DNA of 64,000 nucleotides from a bacterium (GTDB lineage Bacteria; UBA8248): NCBI GenBank assembly GCA_965261085.1, contig OZ253442.1, positions 2,728,445 to 2,792,444 of the forward strand, read 5' to 3'. Shown piece by piece: positions 54,690 to 64,000 of this stretch (position 1 is its first letter; each line of letters starts with the position of its first letter). The notes under the pieces were generated by a model. It saw only the letters and a program-made list of their open reading frames with translations, ran no database searches and was not told where the DNA came from. The position numbers and the translations under genes were made by a program.

Positions 54690-56426
54690 CTAACGGGCCA
54701 ATTGCTCTTGCGCCGACCCGGGCGAATACATTTTCAGCGGGTCTTTCCCGAAGAAAATCTCGCCGTCCTCTCCGCGCGTGAGGCGCGTCACGAAACTGCA
54801 ATCCACCTCGTTCGTCTCGGGATAATCCAGCCTGAAGTGGGCGCCCCGGCTCTCTTTCCTGTTCAGGGCGGCGGTGGCGAGCAGTTTCCCCAGAAGCGCC
54901 AGATTTCTGACCGAAAGCGCGCTCTCGAGTTCCTGGCCCTTTGTTTTCTCGGATGAGCGCGCACCAGCATCGAGTCGCATGCGGGGCATTTCCTCGCTCT
55001 CGATGCGTTCAAACTCATCCAGCGCATGTTGGCAGCCCTCGGCGTCGCGTAACGGACCCAGCTTCTCGTGCGCGAGCATCCGGCAGCGCATGCGCACATC
55101 CCTCTGGAGGGGGCCTTCTTTGCGGTGGATAAGCCCTTCCAACCAGGAAAGTTCCGATTCGGGAATGCCCCCGAAAACCGGCGGTGTGTCACCGTCACTC
55201 TCTTTCACCTGTGCGGAGACCGCCCCTCCGGCCCGCCTTCCGTAGACCAGAGAGGCCGAGAGTGCTGAACCGCCGATCCGGTTTCCGCCGTGGATGCCGC
55301 CCCCCGTCTCGCCCGCGGCCCAAAGGCCAGGCACGCGCGTTTTCCCGTCGACGTCGATCTCAAGCCCCCCGAGCCAGGTATGGCTGCCGGGAGCCACCTC
55401 CAGGGGCTTTTTGGTGATGTCGATGCCGCGAGAGAGACACGTTTTGTACACGTGGGGAATCTGTTTCTGGATCGTTTCCATGGGGACGCGGGTGGCGTCC
55501 ATATAGATGCCGCCCGTGAGGCCCGCGCGGCCCGCGTGGATTTCCTTCGCCATCGCGAGAATGACCTCGCTGCGCGTGCTTTTTTCCGCCGTGTCCGGGA
55601 AATAGCGCTTCAAGAACGCTTCTCCCTCCTGGTTCAGGAATATGGCGCCCGCGTTGATGAACCCCGTGGGATGGGGAGCGAAGCCGAAAAGCTCCTCTGG
55701 CGCGCAGCACATGGCCTGAAAATCGATCATCTCGATGCCGAGGAGAGGAGCGCCCGCCCGGAAGCCCAGCACGTAGCCGTCGCCCGTCACCTGGGGCGGA
55801 TTGTCGTTCACGTAGAAAAGGCCGCTCCCGCCTCCAGTGGCCAGAATCACCTCGCGCGCAGCGTAGACCATGAGACAACCGCGCGAGTAGTCCACCCCCC
55901 AGGCGCCGATGACGCGGCCTTCCTCCATGATGAGATCCACAATAGCCACATGGGGATGCTGCCCGATGCGGGCGTCGGCCCTGAGCCTCTTCGAGAGCAC
56001 TTTCGTGATCATGTTGCCCGTGGTGTCGTGGTGGTGCAGGGCGCGGGGATAGGTGTGGCTCGGGAACATCTTGAGGTCGAGATCCCCGTTGTCATCCGTA
56101 ATGAACTCCGCCCCCCATTCGCGCAGGTCGCGCACGACGTCGATGATGTCGTACACCCAGGTTTTCGCCAGTTCGGGGTCGATGAGCTCGCCGCCGTATT
56201 TGAGGATTTCCTCCAAATGCAGATCCGGGCTGTCTCCAGGGGCCATCGCCGCTGCGAAACCGCCCCTCGCCACGGTCGTCGTGCCGCTCGTGGCCCGACC
56301 CTTGGTGGCCTGGATAACACTCACGCCCGCTTGCGCGCACTCGAAGGCGGCCATCGTGCCCGCCGCACCCCCGCCCACGATCAGCACGTCGGTCTCGTGG
56401 CGTTCTTCCGCAATGTTTCCCGCCAT
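54690..56426 (-). CDS. FAD-binding flavoprotein of the succinate dehydrogenase/fumarate reductase/L-aspartate oxidase superfamily
   Basis: DVLIVGGGAAGTMAA dinucleotide motif, ..ATGGGSGLF.., ..GLWAAGETGGGIHGGNRIGGSAL.., ..ESRGAHFR... No Fe-S or membrane-anchor subunit is adjacent. Confidence 0.85.
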   Translation of the reverse strand: MAGNIAEERHETDVLIVGGGAAGTMAAFECAQAGVSVIQATKGRATSGTTTVARGGFAAAMAPGDSPDLHLEEILKYGGELIDPELAKTWVYDIIDVVRDLREWGAEFITDDNGDLDLKMFPSHTYPRALHHHDTTGNMITKVLSKRLRADARIGQHPHVAIVDLIMEEGRVIGAWGVDYSRGCLMVYAAREVILATGGGSGLFYVNDNPPQVTGDGYVLGFRAGAPLLGIEMIDFQAMCCAPEELFGFAPHPTGFINAGAIFLNQEGEAFLKRYFPDTAEKSTRSEVILAMAKEIHAGRAGLTGGIYMDATRVPMETIQKQIPHVYKTCLSRGIDITKKPLEVAPGSHTWLGGLEIDVDGKTRVPGLWAAGETGGGIHGGNRIGGSALSASLVYGRRAGGAVSAQVKESDGDTPPVFGGIPESELSWLEGLIHRKEGPLQRDVRMRCRMLAHEKLGPLRDAEGCQHALDEFERIESEEMPRMRLDAGARSSEKTKGQELESALSVRNLALLGKLLATAALNRKESRGAHFRLDYPETNEVDCSFVTRLTRGEDGEIFFGKDPLKMYSPGSAQEQLAR

Positions 56427-56530
56427 CTGAATCGTCCTTTCGCGCCAATGATTTGGAAAGAATACTGATTATGGAGGGCATCTTAAAACATTTCTGGGCA
56501 AAAGACCCACCACGATGGAGGCGTACTGAT

Positions 56531-57796
56531 TTATACGCTCCGCCCCAGCAACTCGATCATCTTATCCGCACACGCATCGGCGAAGTCCGCGTCGTTGATG
56601 TGGAGGTCTAGCGTGATGATTTCCCCCGTTTTCAGGTGCTCCTTAAGTGAGGCCGCAAAGGCGGCGTCCACTTCAGGCTGACGCCAATCTCCCACCTCGC
56701 GCCCATCGAGATCGTGGGCCTTTCGCTTCGTGTGCTCGCTGTAGCCTCTCGTGGGTATCAGGACAGAGAGAGGCCCTTGGGCGCGGTTGAGCTTTTCCGC
56801 CATCAGGACGCCCAGAGCCTCGAACTCCTCCCGGTTGGTGCGCATAAGGAGATTCTGGGCGTTGTACTGGAAAAACGCTCTTTTTTGATACTTTTCGGGC
56901 ACCTGCCCCGTCCAGAAATTCGCGTGATCAAGCGCGCCCGGGACGACGACCTGGGGAATGCCCGCGGCGCCCGCCGCCTCGAGCCTCCCCCCGCCCGCGC
57001 TGTAGACGCCGTCCACGTGTAAATCCGTGAGTTCGTGCGTGGTGACGTCCACCACGCCGGCCAGCTCACCCAGGCCGGCCAGGGATTCGAGCGCACGGCC
57101 CCCGGGGCCCGAGGCGTGGAAGAATATGACCTCATAGCCCGCCTCCGTGAGTTTTCTCTCCACGTGCTCGACGCACGCCGCCGTGCCGCCGAAGGACGAC
57201 ACCCCGATGAGGGGCGGTCCGGAGCGATCGCCCATTACCGCTGCGCCTTCCCGCTTCACCATTCCCGCGAGAGCAAGGGCGGCGTTTTTCAATACGCCGC
57301 GTGTGATGCGATTCAAGGATATATCGCCGATAGAAGGAAACATGATGATGTCGCTCTCCGCCACATACCATTGCACGGCCGCCGTGGCGGCGACGACACT
57401 CACCATCACCTTGGGCGCGAGGGGCGGCAGCACGCGCATGATGGCGCAGGCCATCGAGGTGCCGTTCGCCCCGCCGAGGCCGACCGCGCCCTGTATTTCA
57501 CCTTCCTGAAATTTTTCGGCCAGAATCCGCCTGCCGCCTTCCATCATGACTTCAGAAGCGGCGTTTCTCTCCATGCCGGCCAGCTCTTCCCAACTGCGTC
57601 CCGCCGCGGCCGCAACCTCGACCCCGCGGACGTCCCCGCCGCCAGCGTCGTGCGGCCTGCAGGACAAGTCGACCAGAAGGGAGTTTACACTCGATTCTGC
57701 GAGCACATCCGCCAGAAAGCGCGCTTCCGCCCCCTTACTGTCCATCGTCACTAAAATCGCCACAGTCGGAATCGACATTTTCCCCTTACCTGACAA
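56531..57796 (-). CDS. Tm-1-like ATP-binding domain protein (UPF0261 family)
   Basis: 421 aa with the N-terminus ..PTVAILVTMDSKGAEARFLADVL.. and the general UPF0261 layout. Paired with the PEP-hydrolase-like TIM-barrel gene, as is usual for this family. Confidence 0.7.
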   Translation of the reverse strand: MSGKGKMSIPTVAILVTMDSKGAEARFLADVLAESSVNSLLVDLSCRPHDAGGGDVRGVEVAAAAGRSWEELAGMERNAASEVMMEGGRRILAEKFQEGEIQGAVGLGGANGTSMACAIMRVLPPLAPKVMVSVVAATAAVQWYVAESDIIMFPSIGDISLNRITRGVLKNAALALAGMVKREGAAVMGDRSGPPLIGVSSFGGTAACVEHVERKLTEAGYEVIFFHASGPGGRALESLAGLGELAGVVDVTTHELTDLHVDGVYSAGGGRLEAAGAAGIPQVVVPGALDHANFWTGQVPEKYQKRAFFQYNAQNLLMRTNREEFEALGVLMAEKLNRAQGPLSVLIPTRGYSEHTKRKAHDLDGREVGDWRQPEVDAAFAASLKEHLKTGEIITLDLHINDADFADACADKMIELLGRSV

Positions 57797-57836
57797 AATT
57801 TGCCTTCTCTAAGATTACGCCCGACGCACCTGCGCC

Positions 57837-58673
57837 CTATTTCCGCAACCGAACCGACTTGAAGCCCTGCGCCGCCTTGGGCACCGCATCCTCCACTGGA
57901 AAACGCTCGGCGGAGGAGCCGCCCACATAGCCATCGAATCGGCTCTCCAAATCGAGCAGCCGCTCGAAGTCAGCGGGGGTTTCGATTGCGCCCCCGTGGC
58001 AGGTGAAGATTCTCTCTTCATATTTCGGCAAAAGGGCGTCGAAGATGGCTGCCGCCCTTTGAGCGGCATCATCGAGCGGCATCACCGTCTTGGAACCGAT
58101 GGAGCCGCCCGAGCTGTTCCCGAAATGGATGATGATGTTGTCCACGCCCGCTTCCGCCATGGCGAGGGCCTCATCCGGCGTGGTCGTAAAAGCTTTGGTG
58201 AACATGCCCTTGCGGCTCGCGTATCCCAAAACATCGACTTCTCTGGAAAAGCCCATACCGGTTTCTTCCAGGTCTTTTCTGAAATTTCCATCGATCAGGG
58301 CGACCGTGGGGCAGTTCATCACCCCGTGGAAACCGGCCGCATCGATTCTGTCCACGAATGTGAACATGTTCCTTGTGGGGTCTGTCCCCAGAAGGCCCGC
58401 TACCACGGGACACTCCCTCACCACGTTCAAGATGGAGCGCTCGCCCAGTTCGAGCGTGATGGCGTTCGCGTCTCCGATGGGCAGGTAGCCCGCCATCGAA
58501 CTCAGGCCCTGCATCCGGTAGTAGGCTAGATTGAAGGTGGTGACGAGATCCGCACCACCTCGGGCGGCGAATTTCGCCGTGATGCCGCTTCCGCACAGGG
58601 CGTCGTAGACAGCGCGTCCGGAGTCCCTCTCGGCCTGCAGGCGGGCTACGATTTCATCCCTGGATAGACTCAT
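57837..58673 (-). CDS. Phosphoenolpyruvate hydrolase-like TIM-barrel protein (TIM-BSP family)
   Basis: MSLSRDEIVARLQAE..CGSGITAKFAARGGADLVTTFNLAYYRMQG... GGAGG lies 11 nt upstream of ATG 58673. The track start is TTG 58691. Confidence 0.7.
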   Translation of the reverse strand: MSLSRDEIVARLQAERDSGRAVYDALCGSGITAKFAARGGADLVTTFNLAYYRMQGLSSMAGYLPIGDANAITLELGERSILNVVRECPVVAGLLGTDPTRNMFTFVDRIDAAGFHGVMNCPTVALIDGNFRKDLEETGMGFSREVDVLGYASRKGMFTKAFTTTPDEALAMAEAGVDNIIIHFGNSSGGSIGSKTVMPLDDAAQRAAAIFDALLPKYEERIFTCHGGAIETPADFERLLDLESRFDGYVGGSSAERFPVEDAVPKAAQGFKSVRLRK

Positions 58674-58898
58674 AATGGAATTAACCTCCAAGTATCAATA
58701 ATTTAGATGCCATTTTCGAGAGGCTACTCAATATGTCACCACACAAGCGCTTATGAAAAATAGGCGTATCTCGCGCCAGTAGTATTTTCCACTTGATACC
58801 ATGTCTGTCTTTGTGTGAGAATAGAGGCATAAAAAGTAGGCGATGTATCGCCTTCAAAATCATATTGTTCCAAGGATAAGTTCTCGTGGTCCCGTCCG

Positions 58899-58938
58899 CC
58901 CGAGCCGCTCCGTCCCGATTGGGGTGGAGCGGCTCGGG
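58899..58938 (-). terminator. Strong GC-rich hairpin downstream of the batA-like gene (terminator candidate, no clear U-tract)
   Basis: A 13-bp perfect inverted repeat, CCCGAGCCGCTCC (58899..58911) / GGAGCGGCTCGGG (58926..58938), with a 14-nt loop. It lies about 70 nt after the stop at 59010. Confidence 0.4.
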
Positions 58939-59009
58939 GCCACATTAATCCATCGAGGGGCATGATCCGAACCGCATGAGAGAAGGCTCGGAGAAATCTC
59001 CGGCATCCT

Positions 59010-61142
59010 TCAAGTCCTGTCCGCCAGGAACGCCTCGGCGACGAATATCCCTCCCAGCACGAGAAAAAGAAGCGCGCCTAAGTCGATGAGCCTTAGAATC
59101 GAACGCAGCGGATCCGAATCGTTCGCTGGTAAATCGCGCACGTCGAGTTTCTCGAATTTTTCCTTGAACGTGCTCATCTCCACGGGGGCGATTTTCGCCT
59201 CAGATGCCGGCGCGTTCACGGCCACGAAATGCTTTTCATCGGGCGTGAACACGCGATAGAAGCCCGCGCGATAAGCATCCCGGTAGTAGGCGACGGCGCC
59301 GCCGCTTCCCGCCTTGCCCAGCCTGAGCCCATCAGCGGGCGCGGCTTCTAAGTCCGGTGCTTTTTCCATGAATTGAATCGCGCGTTCTTCCTGAGCCGGC
59401 CCGCGTATCTGTATCGCCTCCCCGGCACGCCGGATGGGCGCCCTGATTTCAAACGCCTCCCCCGCATCAGAAGACGAGGATATGCCCTTTCGGGTGCCAC
59501 CCAGAAAATCTGAAACCCCTCTCATGAACGGCACGAAAACAGGCCGCACGGCGAGGTCTGCCCAATCACGATCACACGTGGAGCCCCACACCATCACCTG
59601 TCCTGAACCCACCGAACCAACCACCAGGGCGGGAGTGCCGTCTGGAAGCTCCAGTAAAGTCCGTCCACCTCTCGCAGGCTCAAGTGGCGTGATGCGGGCC
59701 AGACGCAAGGCGGAGAAAAACCGCCCGCCGTTCACCCCCAGCAAAGAGAAGGCCGGGTGTGCTTCTTCGCCCTGCGCGATCTTGAGGTTTCGGGACGGGC
59801 GCAGCGTTACGGGTCCTCCCGGCGTGGCCGGCAACCAGCCGAGCCCCGCGGCCTTTTCGCTCGACAACTCGCCCGTGGCCCAGAAAAGACCGCCGCCTTT
59901 TTCGACGAAACTCCTCAACCCCTGCCTGCCCTGCTCGGACCAGCGGCCCAGGTTGCAGGCGATGACGTAGTCGTACTCGTCCCATTGCACGTTGTTCAGT
60001 TCATACGACGCCACGACGCGCGTAAGCACCGGGGATTCTCCGCCCAGAGGGGCCGCGCTCAGGGCATTGACGATGAAAAAGGTCTCGCTGTCCTGGAGCC
60101 CGCGCTTTGGATCCCCATCAATGACCAGAGCGCGCAGACGCTTTCCGATGCCTGCCGCAAAGTAGAATCGGTTCGTCGTGGAGAGGTTATCCGCCGGCAA
60201 CTGGAGGCGTCCGTAGAGCAGGCCCTTTTCAGGCGCGTTCACCCGAAAACTCACGGGACTCGTCCCGTTCGGCTCAATGTCCACTTCTAGCGTTTCCTGC
60301 AGTTCTTCGCCCACGAACAACTGCACGGGCACTTTGGATTTCTTCTCCTCACCCCGGTTGAAAACGCGCACGCCGATGGTGAAGGAAAAACCCGCCTTGG
60401 GGGGCCAGGGCTTCATCTTCACATCCTGGAGGCTCACATCCTCCACCCCCGCCTCGGGAGCCACACGCACGAACTGCAGATGCGCATGCGGGTTCCATTG
60501 CTTGAGATTGCGAATCTGAAACGACTCCCAATCACCTCGGGCGAAGTCGCTGAAAACGACGATGCTTCTCCGCCCAGCCTTGGGCGATGCGTTCTCGAGC
60601 GCATGCTGGACGACACGAGCCGGCGTACCCTTGCCGTCGGTCTGGCCGATTCCCTCAAGCGCCGCCAGAGCGTCCTTTCGCTTCAATTCCTTCAGCGGAA
60701 CGGTAAGAGATTCACCGACGGTCGTCGCGATGCTCATGCGATCCGAATCGGACATGTCCTCTATCATCCGCTTCACGGCGCGCCTGGCCACGTCGAAACG
60801 ACTGCCCTTTGCGGTGGAAAACGCCATGCTCGCCGAGTTGTCGATCACGGCGACGGTGTGGGCGGGAAACCAACCGCCGCTCGACACGCCTCCTTCGGTC
60901 GCCAGGAGAGGGCGCGACGCCAGGAAGATGACGATTCCCACGGCGCACACCCGCAAAAACAGGAGTATCCAGTTTCTGAGCCTGCTGCGATTCGTGATGC
61001 GGCGTTGTGTTCTGAGCAGGAACTCGAAAGTGGGGAGCCGGTACCTGCGGACGAGGCGCCTCCTCAGCAGGTGAATCAGGATGGGCAGAAAAACGAGTCC
61101 CATCCCCCAAAGAAGCGCGCCGTGTAAAAATTGAAAATCCAA
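59010..61142 (-). CDS. BatA-like membrane protein: N-terminal double-TM domain, VWA domain and a large C-terminal extension
   Basis: MDFQFLHGALLWGMGLVFLPILIHLLRRR (the aerotolerance BatA N-terminal motif), a VWA MIDAS-like VAVIDNSASM, and a C-terminal TM helix. Confidence 0.75.
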   Translation of the reverse strand: MDFQFLHGALLWGMGLVFLPILIHLLRRRLVRRYRLPTFEFLLRTQRRITNRSRLRNWILLFLRVCAVGIVIFLASRPLLATEGGVSSGGWFPAHTVAVIDNSASMAFSTAKGSRFDVARRAVKRMIEDMSDSDRMSIATTVGESLTVPLKELKRKDALAALEGIGQTDGKGTPARVVQHALENASPKAGRRSIVVFSDFARGDWESFQIRNLKQWNPHAHLQFVRVAPEAGVEDVSLQDVKMKPWPPKAGFSFTIGVRVFNRGEEKKSKVPVQLFVGEELQETLEVDIEPNGTSPVSFRVNAPEKGLLYGRLQLPADNLSTTNRFYFAAGIGKRLRALVIDGDPKRGLQDSETFFIVNALSAAPLGGESPVLTRVVASYELNNVQWDEYDYVIACNLGRWSEQGRQGLRSFVEKGGGLFWATGELSSEKAAGLGWLPATPGGPVTLRPSRNLKIAQGEEAHPAFSLLGVNGGRFFSALRLARITPLEPARGGRTLLELPDGTPALVVGSVGSGQVMVWGSTCDRDWADLAVRPVFVPFMRGVSDFLGGTRKGISSSSDAGEAFEIRAPIRRAGEAIQIRGPAQEERAIQFMEKAPDLEAAPADGLRLGKAGSGGAVAYYRDAYRAGFYRVFTPDEKHFVAVNAPASEAKIAPVEMSTFKEKFEKLDVRDLPANDSDPLRSILRLIDLGALLFLVLGGIFVAEAFLADRT

Positions 61143-61166
61143 GTTCGCCTTCTCCCAAACGCCTCG

Positions 61167-62060
61167 CTACACCTTCGAGCGGCTGCGCCACGCCAGAAAG
61201 CGGATGAGGCCCCTGTCCAGCGGCTCGGCCGTCGAGATGAGATGATAGTCCACCCCTATATCCGCACATCGCTCGCGCGTTTGCTCCAGAAACTCTTCCA
61301 AAAGTCCGAGGTAGGGCCGCTTCACCACCTCGCATTCCACCGTGATGTTCCTGTCCGTCTCGACGTCATCCACCCTGGCGAGACCCTCGAAAGGAAAATC
61401 GAGTTCCATGCTGTCGAGAATGTGGAAGACGATGACGTCGTTTCCCTTCAGACACAGCAGTTTGAGCGCTTTTTCCACGCTTTCGGGGTCATCGAGCAGA
61501 TCGGAAACGATGATGACGAGTCCCCTTCGCTTCAGGCGCTCCGCCAGGGCGAGCATCGAGCGGGCGATTCCGGTTCCCCCGCCGGGCGTGGCCGCCTGAA
61601 GGCCCGCCAAAAGGACCAGGAGGTGTCTCTTGACGGCCTTGGGCGGGACCTGCGTATCTTCCGCATCATGGGAAATCACCAAGCCCACCGAATCGGACTG
61701 ACCCAGCAGCAAGTGCGCCATCGCTGAGGAGAGCGTGGCAGCATATCCCCACTTGCTCAGGGGACCATCCCCGAAATCCATCGAAGCGCTGGCGTCGATG
61801 ACGAGATGCGCGTAGAGGTTCGTCTCATCCTCATATTGTTTCACAAGGTAGCGGTCGAATTTCCCGTAAGCTTTCCAGTCGATGTGCCGGAGTTCATCGC
61901 CCGGGCTGTACGCCCTGTGTTCCTCGAAATCGACGCTGAAGCCCCGTGAACGGCTCCTGTGCACGCCGCTCATCAAGCCCTCGACCACGTGGTGGGCCCG
62001 TAGCTGGAGATTGGATAATCGTGAGATGACGACGGGGTCGAAATACAGATCCGAGTTCAA
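61167..62060 (-). CDS. DUF58 domain protein
   Basis: ..GVHRSRSRGFSVDFEEHRAYSPGDELRHIDWKAYGK.. is the DUF58 hallmark. Start set at TTG 62060, preceded by AAGGGGA. The track ORF overextends into moxR. Confidence 0.8.
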   Translation of the reverse strand: MNSDLYFDPVVISRLSNLQLRAHHVVEGLMSGVHRSRSRGFSVDFEEHRAYSPGDELRHIDWKAYGKFDRYLVKQYEDETNLYAHLVIDASASMDFGDGPLSKWGYAATLSSAMAHLLLGQSDSVGLVISHDAEDTQVPPKAVKRHLLVLLAGLQAATPGGGTGIARSMLALAERLKRRGLVIIVSDLLDDPESVEKALKLLCLKGNDVIVFHILDSMELDFPFEGLARVDDVETDRNITVECEVVKRPYLGLLEEFLEQTRERCADIGVDYHLISTAEPLDRGLIRFLAWRSRSKV

Positions 62061-62083
62061 AGCGATCCCCTTAGAGGAGGCGT

Positions 62084-63136
62084 CTACGCGGCTTCGGTGG
62101 CCTCCGCCGGGGGCGCGACGGTCTCGAGCAGTTGCCGTATCAGGGATACGGAACCATGACCTTCCGCCTGACCGCGGAAGTTCACCAGAATCCGGTGCCG
62201 CAGTACGGGTTCGGCCAACGCCCGCACGTCCTCGATGGTGGCCGCGTAGCGTCCCCGGAGCAGCGCCCGCGCCCGCGCCCCCAGAATCAGATACTGACTC
62301 GCCCTCGGCCCCGCGCCCCACTCCACATAATGGCGAACAAAATCCGGAGCCGTTTCATCGTCGGGGCGGGATGCGCGCGCGAGTGACACCGCGTATTCCA
62401 CCACGTAAGGAGCCGCAGGCACACGCCGCACCAATCCCTGAAACGCCAGAATCTGCTCGTTGTCCATAATCTCTTCGAGCTTCGGGTCATAGTTCGAGGT
62501 CGTTTGCGCGACGATCTCCTTCTCCTCCGCGAGGCTGGGATACGACACCCCTATCTCGAACATGAACCTGTCCAACTGCGCTTCGGGCAGCGGGTATGTG
62601 CCTTCCTGCTCCACGGGGTTCTGGGTCGCGAGAACGAAAAACGGCGGATTCAGATAGTGCGTCTGCCCACCGGCCGTCACGTGCAGTTCCTGCATGGCCT
62701 GCAAAAGGGCCGCCTGCGTTTTGGGTGAAGTGCGGTTGATCTCATCCGCCAGTAAAATCTGGGTGAAAATAGGTCCCCGAATGAAGCGAAAAGAGCGTCT
62801 CCCCTCGGTGGTGTCGTCCAGTATGTCCGTACCCGTGATGTCCGAGGGCATCAGATCGGGCGTGAACTGGATGCGGTTGAAATCGAGCCGCAACACGCGT
62901 GCCAGAGTGCGTATGAGCAAGGTTTTCGCCAGACCCGGCACGCCGACCAGAAGAGAGTGGCCTTTAGAAAGCAGGGCTATCAGAACCAGATCGATGACCT
63001 CCGCCTGACCGACGATGATCTTGTGCACCTGCTCCAGTATGGCGTCGCGCTTCAGGCCGATCTCGCGAGCTAGCTCCACGTCCATCTCGCTCATGTTCGA
63101 TTCTTCGTTTCTTACTTCATCTGTCACGTCGTTCAT
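62084..63136 (-). CDS. MoxR-family AAA+ ATPase
   Basis: Walker A GVPGLAKT, Walker [10 protein letters not shown], ..[22 protein letters not shown]... Confidence 0.9.
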   Translation of the reverse strand: MNDVTDEVRNEESNMSEMDVELAREIGLKRDAILEQVHKIIVGQAEVIDLVLIALLSKGHSLLVGVPGLAKTLLIRTLARVLRLDFNRIQFTPDLMPSDITGTDILDDTTEGRRSFRFIRGPIFTQILLADEINRTSPKTQAALLQAMQELHVTAGGQTHYLNPPFFVLATQNPVEQEGTYPLPEAQLDRFMFEIGVSYPSLAEEKEIVAQTTSNYDPKLEEIMDNEQILAFQGLVRRVPAAPYVVEYAVSLARASRPDDETAPDFVRHYVEWGAGPRASQYLILGARARALLRGRYAATIEDVRALAEPVLRHRILVNFRGQAEGHGSVSLIRQLLETVAPPAEATEAA

Positions 63137-63154
63137 TGCGTATCGCCTCTAGAT

Positions 63155-64000
63155 TTAGCGGGACGTAATGGCGCGAAGCACCTCACGCTCTTGCTTCGCT
63201 TTTTCCGCCTCGCCCGTTCTTTCGTAATGCGCCAGCAGGCGCTCATGAACCACACGAATGAAGGGATTGATCTGCAACACCTCCTCCCACGCCCGGAGTG
63301 CGCGATCCGACTTCCCACCCATCTCGCTCACCAGCGCAAGATGCACGTGCGTCATCGCGTAGTCCGGGTCCACCTCCAACGCTTTTTGAATGTGGCGCTC
63401 GGCCTGGGGAATCATGCCCAGATGTATCTCGACCTGGACCGCGCGGTTGAGCAGGGGCTGGGAGTGCGGCTCATTGCGCAGGGCGCGGCTATATTCGATC
63501 AGCGCCGCCCGCATTCTTCCCCGGAACGAAAGTCTGTCGCCCAGCCTCATGCGCCTTCTGGCCACGGCGCTCTTGAGCGCGGCCAGATCGATCGAACGCT
63601 CGTTCATCGGACCTTTGGGCTTGAGCTTCGGCAACGTGACCTGCGAACCCGCATGCGCGCGGAGTGGGAGTCTTTTGAGATCTTCTATCCAGAGCTTCTC
63701 GAACCCGCCCAAGTCGACTCCGGCGACCAATTGAAGCCCCGGCTCCGCGCTTTGGGGCGGACCGGTGGCCTCGAGTTCAACGAGACTCGCCCGTCTTCGG
63801 TAGCGGACCCCGGGCTTTTCATCCCCGGGAGCCGGCGCTCTCTGTGGCCCTTGCGCGGGCGAGCCGTTCCGGATGCCCGACAGCAGGCGGATGAGCGCGT
63901 CCTCACCCATTTTGCGGTGGATGAAATCCACGGCCGAAGCCGCTTCCGCGTAGGCCAGGTGCACCTCCTGCGGCGTATCGAGATAAATGAGGCTCGGCTC
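63155..64000 (-). CDS. TPR-repeat protein, partial (the N-terminus lies beyond the right edge)
   Basis: The frame stays open through 64000 (..EPSLIYLDTPQEVHLAYAEAASAVDFIH..). The C-terminal half has TPR-like repeats (..AALIEYSRALRNEPHS.., ..AERHIQKALEVDPDYAMTHVHLALV.., ..ALRAWEEVLQINP..). Confidence 0.6.
   Translation of the reverse strand, partial: EPSLIYLDTPQEVHLAYAEAASAVDFIHRKMGEDALIRLLSGIRNGSPAQGPQRAPAPGDEKPGVRYRRRASLVELEATGPPQSAEPGLQLVAGVDLGGFEKLWIEDLKRLPLRAHAGSQVTLPKLKPKGPMNERSIDLAALKSAVARRRMRLGDRLSFRGRMRAALIEYSRALRNEPHSQPLLNRAVQVEIHLGMIPQAERHIQKALEVDPDYAMTHVHLALVSEMGGKSDRALRAWEEVLQINPFIRVVHERLLAHYERTGEAEKAKQEREVLRAITSR

Overview
A 64-kb, gene-dense, high-GC bacterial chromosomal fragment. 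My hand counts of single 60-nt lines gave about 60-65% GC in ordinary genes. It probably comes from a diderm organism, because it encodes a beta-barrel porin ending in ...VYSF and a CcsA-like heme-handling protein. I found no rRNA, tRNA, CRISPR array, transposase or integrase. Most of the content is housekeeping and redox metabolism:
- an ABC importer tail, RidA, an MFS transporter and a DmpA-type peptidase
- a DUF62 SAM hydrolase translationally coupled to mtaB
- two separated xanthine-dehydrogenase/CoxLMS-family clusters, one carrying CoxD/CoxE-like maturation genes
- an OmpR-type regulator next to glnA
- cutA-meaB-acyl-CoA dehydrogenase-LLM, two tandem DMT transporters, and thiolase/crotonase
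- a complete ccsA-like-hemA-hemC-hemD-hemB operon and pyrD-pyrK
- a ClC channel and plsC
- many SDR, VOC, LLM and HIBADH paralogs
- a long co-directional operon: PEP-hydrolase-like, Tm-1-like, FAD flavoprotein, HIBADH-like, ubiX, a small ORF, fdrA, amidase
- a TPR-moxR-DUF58-batA-like operon running off the right edge

The strongest non-routine signals are:
1. Two genes have an in-frame TGA exactly at the catalytic cysteine. One is a DsbA/FrnE-like protein (UPWC instead of CPWC). The other is a two-domain rhodanese (Y-U-QTGYRA), with a SECIS-like hairpin 11 nt downstream of the TGA. Both are predicted selenoproteins, and the ORF track truncates both.
2. Two low-GC islets (about 35-52% GC) carry uncharacterised genes. 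One is a small-ORF-plus-195-aa toxin/antitoxin-like pair. The other is a 303-aa Cys-rich protein with an HNH-like motif.
3. The fdrA ORF is followed, in the same frame after a single TAG, by a 57-codon ORF.
4. The roughly 9-kb operon with ubiX has no UbiD partner in this window.

Every functional call rests on motif and family recognition by eye. No database search was run.
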